Shown here piece after piece: positions 25,459-32,000 of a DNA stretch of 32,000 bases (within the stretch, counting starts at the first letter, position 1; each line of letters starts with the position of its first letter). The notes under the pieces were generated by a model. That model searched no databases and was not told where the DNA came from. It saw only the letters and a list, made by a program, of their open reading frames with translations. A program made the position numbers and the translations under genes. The stretch is from Trueperaceae bacterium. GTDB taxonomy: Bacteria; Deinococcota; Deinococci; Deinococcales; Trueperaceae. The stretch is taken from the NCBI GenBank assembly GCA_965215565.1, contig CBDCDZ010000004.1, positions 3,655,185-3,687,184 on the forward strand. Direction: 5' to 3'.

Positions 25459-25791
25459 CTAAACGTGAGAACTTAGAGTACAATATCTACAATTACAACA
25501 TTTTCGCATGGTCCAATTGTTTAGGATTTCGAGAAAAGTAATACAACTATGGCAATGACTCACAAGCCACTCCAAACGGTGCGGGTCGCCCGGCCCCGCA
25601 GCTCCGTAGAACGCTTGCGCCTCAGCCTGCGAGGAAAAGTTGCCACAGTCGTGATCCATCCCTTGGGGGTCGCAAGTGAGGCTTGGTGGACTCGAGACCT
25701 CATCAGTAATATTCGGTACGACAGGCTCAAGCTGCACCTGCTGCGTCGGTAGAGCCTCCGCCGATACCTCGTGAATCCCATCCTCCGACGA
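25459..25791 (-). pseudogene. Excalibur (calcium-binding) domain gene fragment, truncated and fused to AT-rich DNA
   Basis: DHDCGNFSSQAEAQAFYGAAGPGDPHRL matches the Excalibur pattern but stops just before the DxDxDGxxCE loop. Downstream of about 25570 the frame runs into low-GC sequence (EWLVSHCHSCITF...). There is no proper N-terminus or ATG. Confidence 0.55.
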
Positions 25792-25963
25792 TCACGAACC
25801 CGCTAAGCTCTACGCCCTCTACGCGGCAGCGAAAGCCCTGCGTGACGAGCACGAAGATACTATCTTCGACCTCGTCGCTGAGAAAGAGGTCGGGTTGACG
25901 CTGACCGTCAACTCGAGCCGCTTAGCTTTCACGCTCGCCTACTTGCTCGCAGAAAAGGAATGA
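25775..25963 (+). pseudogene. Orphan C-terminal gene fragment with no start codon
   Basis: A 62-codon open frame in high-GC DNA (…AKLYALYAAAKALRDEHEDTIFDLVAEKEVGLTLTVNSSRLAFTLAYLLAEKE*) with no ATG/GTG/TTG start after the upstream stop at 25772. Confidence 0.3.
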
Positions 25964-25973
25964 GGAGCTAGAC

Positions 25974-26838
25974 TCAGTAGAACGCCTCCGCAAAGAAGAT
26001 GAGCACGTCGTCCAGCGCCTCAGACCAGACCGCCCAGGTGTGTCCGCCGTCGGTGACGCGTAGTTGCGACTCTATCTCCGCTTCTTGGAGCGCAGCGTAG
26101 AACGCGGTGGAGCTCTCGAAGAAGTCGAAGACATCGTCATCACCAACCGTGATGTAGACAGGTAGGGGGTCCTCTGCTGACGCAACCTCAGCGATGAGCA
26201 TGAAGGGGTTGCGTTCCTGCTATAACGTCGAGTTAAAGGGCTCCGAAGGCTCCTGCAAGCAGCTCCTCGCGGCTCAGGCCCGCGTTGTCTTGCGGTGGCA
26301 CACCCTGGAACAGTGCTCCGCTCATCACTCCCACCGCCGCATAGGTATCCGGATGGCTGAACGCCAGGTACGCCGCGCCGTAACCGCCCATCGAGAGCCC
26401 GCCGATGGCGCGGGAGGTGCGCTCGGGAATGGTGCGGTAGGTCGTGTCGATGTGGTCGATCAAGTCTTCAGTGAAGGCCGTCTTAACATCGCCGAACGCC
26501 TCTGAAGGGACGTACCAACTGTTCTCTCCGTCGGGCATCACGATGATGGTTGGTGGGATGAGATTCTCGGCGATGAGCCGACCTGCTGTATGCGCCACGT
26601 CGCCGAAACGCACCCAGTCGGTGTCGCTGCCGCCGTAGCCGTGTAAAAGGTAAACGACGGGGTAGGCGCGGCTGTCACTGTCGTAGCCCTCGGGTAGATA
26701 GAGACTGTAGGTGAGCGTGTCGCCTAAGGCGTTGCTCTCAAAGCTCTGCCCCTCGAGCACCGTCCCTGCTGCCGCTCGGGAAATGAGTAGAAAAGCAATG
26801 AGGACAAAAAGAGTGGTGCGGAAGCCGTGACGTTGCAT
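25974..26838 (-). pseudogene. Secreted esterase (putative esterase / esterase-D-like alpha/beta hydrolase), reading frame disrupted
   Basis: Signal peptide starts at ATG 26838 (GAGGAG RBS). Motifs YPVVYLLHGYGGS, the GLSMGG nucleophile elbow and the C-terminal GGHTW sit in two different frames (26233-26838 and 25974-26201). A TAA at 26233-26235 and a stop at 26220-26222 in the downstream frame separate them. Confidence 0.6.
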
Positions 26839-27152
26839 AGGTGCTCCTCTCAATATTTTAGGTTGCAGCAGGATACCGCCTCGTCCCCGACACCGCGGCC
26901 AGAGAGGACACCTCGGAGTACTCAGTCCGCCAGCCAAACATAGTCCACGTGGGTTGATTGTGCCAATCCCTTCGACCATAGGTCACGTTCGAACACGAGC
27001 GCTACCTCACCGTGTCGGAGGCGGACCTCGGAAGTAACCTTGACCTAGTCGCGTGGGGTGGCGCGCTACCGCTTGAGCGTCACAACAGAATAATTTCAGA
27101 AAGCTCACCCGAGGTGTATGGAGTTAGGCCAACCCGTACGAAGCTCGGCGGG

Positions 27153-27776
27153 TCACGCCCTCGCCTTAAAGAGCCGCAGCGCGAACTGCATCAGCGGTCC
27201 GATGAAGAGCGCGAAGAGCACCGTTCCTAAGCCGACCGAGCCGCCCAAGAGGAAGCCGGTCACGAGCACGGACAGCTCGAGCAGCGCCCGCACCTTCCGG
27301 ATGCTCAGCTTCAAGGTCTGTGAAAGCCCCAACACCAGCCCGTCCCGAGGTCCCGCGCCGAGCCCCGCCGTGATGTAGAGCCCGCTCGAGAGTCCGACAA
27401 AGACGATGCCGAGTAGACACTGCGCCGTTCCCCAGAGGAAACCGTCGGCTACCGGAAACCATCCTTGTGCCACAAAGAGATCGACCCACAATCCAACTAA
27501 GACCATATTGAGCAGCGTGCCGAGCCCCGGCTTGACCCCCGAGAGGAGATAGCCGAGCACAATAACGAGGAGTCCCGTGAGTTGCATGACCCGCCCGAAC
27601 GAGAGACCCGAGCGTAAGCTGACACCCTCGTGGAAGACAGGCCAAGGACCTAAACCGACGTTCGCGGTGAGAACCAACGCAACGCCTAGAGCTAAACCGA
27701 CGAGTCCGAGGTTGAGTTGCACAAACCGCCGCCAGAAGCGGCTCGAGGCGAGTCTGTTGAGAGGGAGGGTACGCAC
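27153..27776 (-). CDS. Integral membrane protein (YczE/COG2364-like)
   Basis: About 6 hydrophobic helices, with GLGPW...F and AGLGAGPRDGL motifs that I associate with YczE-like proteins. Confidence 0.55.
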   Translation of the reverse strand: MRTLPLNRLASSRFWRRFVQLNLGLVGLALGVALVLTANVGLGPWPVFHEGVSLRSGLSFGRVMQLTGLLVIVLGYLLSGVKPGLGTLLNMVLVGLWVDLFVAQGWFPVADGFLWGTAQCLLGIVFVGLSSGLYITAGLGAGPRDGLVLGLSQTLKLSIRKVRALLELSVLVTGFLLGGSVGLGTVLFALFIGPLMQFALRLFKARA

Positions 27777-27965
27777 GGCTGACAGTCTAAACCGTCGGGG
27801 CGCAGCGCGATGTGCCGGAGTAAGTTAGCAGCGACCCAGGGAAAGCCGATGCGTTTCACCCTACAAGGGGTCTCCGGCGTTTGGGGTCTGCTCGAGCCGA
27901 CGTTGCGCTCGCTATCTTTTAGCTCTGCGCCTGCCCCAGTGCTACCCTGAGCCGAGGAGGAAAAC

Positions 27966-28721
27966 ATGGCAACGTATGATTTTGCGAACAAAGTCGCCCT
28001 CGTTACGGGCGCAGGCTCGGGCATCGGCGAGGCGTGCGCACTAACCCTGGCACGAGGTGGCGCGAAGGTTGTTGTAAGCGATGTCGACGCGACAGGCGGT
28101 GAGCGGGTGACGCAGGCAATTCGAGAGGGCGGAGGCGAAGCGACGTTCGTTAAGACCGACGTGTCCGACCCGGAGCAGGTCGAAGCGCTGGTGCAGCAGA
28201 CCCTAGACAATTACGGTCAGCTCGACATGGCGGTCAACAACGCAGGCATCGGCGGCGAGTCCAAGCCGACAGGCGAGTACAGTTTGGAGAGCTGGCATCA
28301 GGTTATGGGCGTCAACCTGCACGGCGTCTTCTACGGGCTGCGCTATCAGCTTCCCGCCATGCAAGAACGTGGCGGCGCGATCGTGAACATGGCGTCGATA
28401 CTCGGCAGCGTCGGTTTTGCGCAGTCGCCCGCCTACGTCACCGCGAAGCACGGCGTCGTGGGGCTCACCAAGAATGCGGCGCTCGAGTACTCCGCGCAAG
28501 GAATTCGGGTCAACGCGGTCGGTCCCGGTTTTATCAAGACGCCACTCTTAGACGAGAACTTGGACGACGAGACCCAGAAGATGCTCGCCGGGATGCACCC
28601 CATCGGGCGCATGGGTACAGCGCAAGAGGTCGCCAATTTGGTCGCCTTCTTGTGCTCGGACGACGCCTCGTTTGTGACCGGGAGCTACTACACGGTGGAC
28701 GGGGCGTACACGGCGCAGTAG
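27966..28721 (+). CDS. Short-chain dehydrogenase/reductase (FabG / glucose-1-dehydrogenase-like)
   Basis: TGAGSGIG Rossmann motif, NNAG, catalytic S...YxxxK (YVTAKHG), and PGFIKTP. A GAGGAGGA RBS is present. Confidence 0.9.
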   Translation: MATYDFANKVALVTGAGSGIGEACALTLARGGAKVVVSDVDATGGERVTQAIREGGGEATFVKTDVSDPEQVEALVQQTLDNYGQLDMAVNNAGIGGESKPTGEYSLESWHQVMGVNLHGVFYGLRYQLPAMQERGGAIVNMASILGSVGFAQSPAYVTAKHGVVGLTKNAALEYSAQGIRVNAVGPGFIKTPLLDENLDDETQKMLAGMHPIGRMGTAQEVANLVAFLCSDDASFVTGSYYTVDGAYTAQ

Positions 28722-29936
28722 CTACTCGATGATTTCTAGCACGTCCTTAGGCTCAATCTTGCCCTTAAACCAGATCACCTTGGCGCGGGTCTTGCTCACG
28801 TCCACACCCGCACCCTCGAGGTTGAGCCGTTCGGAGACCGCCAAGACCAGGTCGTCCCTGCCCGACTTCTCCACCTGCATAAACTTTTTGCGCAGATACT
28901 CAGGACGCCAGTAGCCCACGATCTCGAAGAGAAAACTGCGTCCATCGGGGTGGACCAGGCGGAAGTCTGGGATCATCACACTGCCGGGGATGGGGACGAG
29001 GTCGACTTCGCGCTCCAAGCGCCACTCGGTCTGTTGGGTGTCCCAGCGCTTGGACAGGGCTTGCTCGAGGATGGAGTCGTAGACCTTCCCCTTCTTGTAG
29101 TGGGAGACCAAGCCACTGTTGGGCTCGAGTGTATACCTCGCTTCTTCGGGCACACCGTCGTAGGTCTGCTTAGGATTCAAGACTGCCGTCATCTGCCAGC
29201 GGGTGACATGTAAAAGGGCGGGGAGGAACTTGGCCAAGTCCACACCATAGCGCGTGGAGGCTTTGAACAAACTATTCGGACCGTCCACTGTAATGGTGAA
29301 GCCGTGCTCAGGGTCGCCCTCAATATAGGCGAGTAAGCGAAAGAGCTTCAGGTAGCGGAAGAGCTGCTTGTACTCGCCGGGGTCGTTGCGATACGCCGTT
29401 AGGACGAGCTCGCTGGCGCGGTAGAGGACGCCCTGCGCTTGCGAGAGGTTGTAGCGGTGGATGAGGGCGTCAGGGGTAGGGGACTCGAAGCTCACCATGA
29501 TCTGGTTCTCCGCTAGGTCGGCATAGAGTCCGGCTCTGACTTGACTGGGTTCGACGTGGGTCTCGAGTTCTCGGCTCAGGGCGTCGGCGACTTCGCTGTG
29601 AATAGCCGTCTCCACCGCTTCGTCCGGTGCTTGCCTTGCAGCCAAAGCGAAGGCCCGCTCCCTAAGCTCTTCCGGTTCTAAGGGGCTGACCGTCTCGAAC
29701 TCAGCAAAGCCGGAGGTAAGGAGATGGGCCAACCCTCGTTTGACCCGGTAGTCCGTCTCTTCCCCCTCGAGCAGTTGCAACTCGGTATCGAGCACGTGAC
29801 GCGGCTTATTCAAGCAAGCACAGAAGACCTGAATGAGTTCTTGCGCCGTCGCCAGGTTCCCTTTACTCAGCTCGAGCCACTTGGGGACGATCTCCTCACC
29901 GTTGTAGCGGTGCATCAACAGCTCGCTCGGCAGCAC
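28722..29936 (-). CDS. DUF790-family (Bax1-like) nuclease partner of XPB
   Basis: The N-terminus LLMHRYNGEEIVPKWL... and the C-terminal IPDFRL...FEIVGYWRPEYLRKK (PD-(D/E)xK-like) fit DUF790. The GTG start overlaps the XPB stop by 1 nt. Confidence 0.7.
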   Translation of the reverse strand: MLPSELLMHRYNGEEIVPKWLELSKGNLATAQELIQVFCACLNKPRHVLDTELQLLEGEETDYRVKRGLAHLLTSGFAEFETVSPLEPEELRERAFALAARQAPDEAVETAIHSEVADALSRELETHVEPSQVRAGLYADLAENQIMVSFESPTPDALIHRYNLSQAQGVLYRASELVLTAYRNDPGEYKQLFRYLKLFRLLAYIEGDPEHGFTITVDGPNSLFKASTRYGVDLAKFLPALLHVTRWQMTAVLNPKQTYDGVPEEARYTLEPNSGLVSHYKKGKVYDSILEQALSKRWDTQQTEWRLEREVDLVPIPGSVMIPDFRLVHPDGRSFLFEIVGYWRPEYLRKKFMQVEKSGRDDLVLAVSERLNLEGAGVDVSKTRAKVIWFKGKIEPKDVLEIIE

Positions 29937-31381
29937 TACAGATCCTCGAAGCTCAGACTATCTTGGATTGGCACGTGCTCCATCACTGCTTTAGTCGGCT
30001 TCTTGAGGGGTTGCCCTTCACCCCGCCTGCGCCTTGAGACCCCCTCCTCGCTGGTGTTCTCGGCGATGACCTCATATAAGACCGCGAGCTTGCCCTCACC
30101 CTTGCGCAGGATTCTACCTAAGCGCTGCACGTACTCCCGTGTCGTGCCCGTCCCCGACATCACGATGGCGACGTTGGCTTCGGGTACGTCAACGCCTTCG
30201 TTCAGAACCCGCGAGGTCACGATACGCGGGTAAACCCCTTCTTTGAACTTCACTAAGGTGCTGTGCCGCTCTTTAACCTTCGTCTGATGCGTAATCGCAG
30301 GAATCAGATAGGTCTGCGACACCTTGTAGACCATCGCGTTGTCGTCTGTAAAGACAAGTACCCTATCGTGTTCGTGCCGTTGCAGCAGCTCAAGCAACAC
30401 CCTCAGCTTCCCTTCAGTTCCAAACGCAATCGAACGTGCCTCGCGGTGCGCCAACATCGCCGCCCGTCCCTCTTTACTCCTCGCACTCTCCCTGACGAAG
30501 CGTTGCCAGCCCTCGAGCGTCCCGAGACGGATACCGCGTCCTTGCAGGAAGTTGTTCCTCAGCTCCATATATGCGTCGTAACGCTTGCGTTCGTCGTCCG
30601 TCAGCTCGACCTTGATCTGCTCGATGCGGTGCTCGGCTAGGGCGTGACCGGAGAGTTCTTGCGGTGTCTTGCTGTGAACAACGGGGCCGACGAGCGTTTT
30701 TAGGTCCTCATGCTTACCGTCACCACGCTCTAAGGTCGCGGAGAGCCCTAAGCGGTAGGGTGCGAGTGAATACTCGGCAATCACTCGGGTGAAGTCCGCC
30801 GGTAGGTGGTGACACTCGTCGAAGATGAGTAAGCCGTAGCGACTACCGAGCTTCTCTGCGTAGATGGCGGCGCTGTCATACGTCGCCACTAGAATCGGAC
30901 TCTCGTCTTTACTGCCGCCACCAAGCAATCCTATCTCCGTCTCCGGGAAGGCGACCTCGAGCCCGGCGTACCACTGGTGCATGAGGTCCAACGTCGGCAC
31001 AACGATGAGCGTACTCCTGGGCGTGGCTTGCATTGCCAAGTAAGCGACGAAGGTCTTGCCTGCGCCTGTAGGTAGCTCAGCGATACCTCGGCGTCCTGCC
31101 CTGAGCCAGGCGTCTAAGGCATCTTGCTGGTGCTCGTATGGAGCGTGTTCGCTGATTAGCTCGAGATTAAGCTCGCTCCAGCCCTTCGCCTTGTCGTTCA
31201 CCTCTATCCCATCGCGCTTCATCATTTCCAAAAAAGCACGGTACTGCATAGCGGGCAGGCGGAACTTCTCGATGCGGTCGTCCCAGGTGACAAAGTCGAG
31301 CCAGGCTCTGCCCTTGGGCGGGGGATGCAGGATCAAGGTGCCGCGGTCAAAGGTCAGGGTAGAGGTACGGGTGCGTGCCAC
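29936..31381 (-). CDS. XPB/ERCC3-like superfamily-2 DNA helicase
   Basis: Motifs ELPTGAGKT, DECHH, GLSATLER, ...EGVDVPEANVAIVMSG... and QRLGRILR. The N-terminal segment of about 70 aa looks like a damage-recognition domain. Confidence 0.85.
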   Translation of the reverse strand: MARTRTSTLTFDRGTLILHPPPKGRAWLDFVTWDDRIEKFRLPAMQYRAFLEMMKRDGIEVNDKAKGWSELNLELISEHAPYEHQQDALDAWLRAGRRGIAELPTGAGKTFVAYLAMQATPRSTLIVVPTLDLMHQWYAGLEVAFPETEIGLLGGGSKDESPILVATYDSAAIYAEKLGSRYGLLIFDECHHLPADFTRVIAEYSLAPYRLGLSATLERGDGKHEDLKTLVGPVVHSKTPQELSGHALAEHRIEQIKVELTDDERKRYDAYMELRNNFLQGRGIRLGTLEGWQRFVRESARSKEGRAAMLAHREARSIAFGTEGKLRVLLELLQRHEHDRVLVFTDDNAMVYKVSQTYLIPAITHQTKVKERHSTLVKFKEGVYPRIVTSRVLNEGVDVPEANVAIVMSGTGTTREYVQRLGRILRKGEGKLAVLYEVIAENTSEEGVSRRRRGEGQPLKKPTKAVMEHVPIQDSLSFEDL

Positions 31382-31435
31382 CTCGTTAGGCTAGCATTTG
31401 TAAGCGGACGGTTCGAGGGTCCGAGCAATTTCGAC

Positions 31436-32000
31436 TCAGAAAGTTTCTGTAACAAGCTCCGCTATCTCACAAGGAATAGTTGCCGCGACAATTGCGCCAA
31501 GGTTATATACTTCTTCCTCGACCCCGTCGAAGCGTTCCAAGCTGACATACCTGAGCAGCTCCGGGTCGAGGTCGCTCGCATCGCAAGCACACCCAACACC
31601 CTTATGACAGGTATAGGATCGGCTGATACAGCTATTCCCACACGCCTTACCCTTGCTACAAATTTTGCAACAACTCCTGACCTGCTGAGGCGGTTCATAC
31701 GTTGGCTCAGGCTGAGGTTCGGTCATTGTTGAGGCTTGAAGCTGGTCGTAAGCCGAGGTGCCCAGGAGGGCGAGGTTCTGCGCCACGTAATCAACGGCTC
31801 GCAGATCGTCCTCGTTGCGCACGCTGGGATCCGCCCCTAGCTCGAATAGCCTGAGTACCACCTCAGGGTTGGGATTATCCCGAACCGCGTACATCAGCGC
31901 CGTCCAGCCCGCTAAGCTGGTCACGTCAAGCGCTGCGCCCGCCTCAACTAGCAGCGAGACGACCTCCGGGTCCTCGTTGCCCGCGGCGTACATCAGGAGA
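31436..32000 (-). CDS. Ankyrin-repeat protein with a Cys-rich C-terminal module; 5' end outside window
   Basis: Ankyrin repeats are present (GWTALMYAV..NPEVV..L...GADP). The C-terminus reads CCKICSKGKACGNSCISRSYTCHKGVGCAC. The frame is open to the window edge. Confidence 0.75.
   Translation of the reverse strand, partial: LLMYAAGNEDPEVVSLLVEAGAALDVTSLAGWTALMYAVRDNPNPEVVLRLFELGADPSVRNEDDLRAVDYVAQNLALLGTSAYDQLQASTMTEPQPEPTYEPPQQVRSCCKICSKGKACGNSCISRSYTCHKGVGCACDASDLDPELLRYVSLERFDGVEEEVYNLGAIVAATIPCEIAELVTETF

Noticed and set aside
25481-25564. Possible distal (left) end of a Tn7-like element: the sequence ends ...CTCACA at 25564, with ACAAT-type sequences at 25481-25520.
   Set aside because: The nearby repeat-like sequences are degenerate (1-nt indels, mixed orientation) and are not positioned about 8 nt from the terminus as at 6295. 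The flanking 5-mers differ (TGCGC versus AGCCA). I mention it in the island finding but do not call it a feature.
27692-28210. 172-aa minus-strand ORF overlapping the SDR start, plus the 159-aa ORF 27166-27645 inside the membrane protein gene.
   Set aside because: These are Ser/Ala/Arg/Pro-rich alternative frames. The overlapping genes have clear motif or hydrophobicity support.
30263-31732. Plus-strand ORFs antisense to the XPB and ankyrin genes (30263-30640, 31056-31394, 31325-31732).
   Set aside because: These are antisense artefacts of well-supported minus-strand genes.
1-32000. Looked for CRISPR arrays, rRNA, tRNA or tmRNA, and integrase or recombinase genes at the island edges.
   Set aside because: I saw no regularly spaced repeat-spacer array, no tRNA cloverleaf candidates with a GTTCRANYC T-loop at the junctions, and no tyrosine or serine recombinase ORF. 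The absence is by eye only; tRNAscan-SE or Infernal should confirm it.

Overview
High-GC (about 60%) bacterial chromosomal window; the gene content (Excalibur fragment, HU, Ser/Thr kinases) weakly suggests Deinococcus-Thermus, but this is not established. Ordinary high-GC genes sit at both flanks. On the left are galM (partial), a PP2C phosphatase, a Ser/Thr kinase with NHL repeats, a second kinase and an MBL hydrolase. On the right are a damaged esterase, a membrane protein, an SDR, an XPB-like helicase with a DUF790/Bax1-like partner, and an ankyrin protein. Between about 6.3 kb and 25.6 kb lies a compositionally mosaic accessory island bounded by broken genes. Its left junction is a 5'-TGT followed by three 20-bp-phased direct repeats that resemble a Tn7-family transposon end, and it cuts off the 5' end of the MBL/ComEC-like gene. 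Next comes a frameshifted large gene that is tentatively TnsE-like. The island also carries HU, a sulfotransferase, a lipoprotein, a SARP/BTAD-TPR regulator and a decayed IS3-family element. The main candidate for a new system lies at 16.4-24.8 kb. A low-GC operon encodes a 1295-aa DEAH helicase with zinc ribbons and a DUF1998-like C-terminus, a single-HKD PLD nuclease, and a TGT/DpdA-like transglycosylase fused to an ArcS-like domain. A divergent yhhQ-queC (7-deazaguanine precursor supply) pair and two XRE regulators flank it. I read this as a DISARM-like helicase/DUF1998/PLD core in which 7-deazaguanine DNA modification replaces the methyltransferase. A 1-kb ORF-free, AT-rich repeat field at 3.8-4.8 kb is also unexplained. 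I saw no rRNA, tRNA or CRISPR array. All homology calls rest on motifs read by eye, not on searches.
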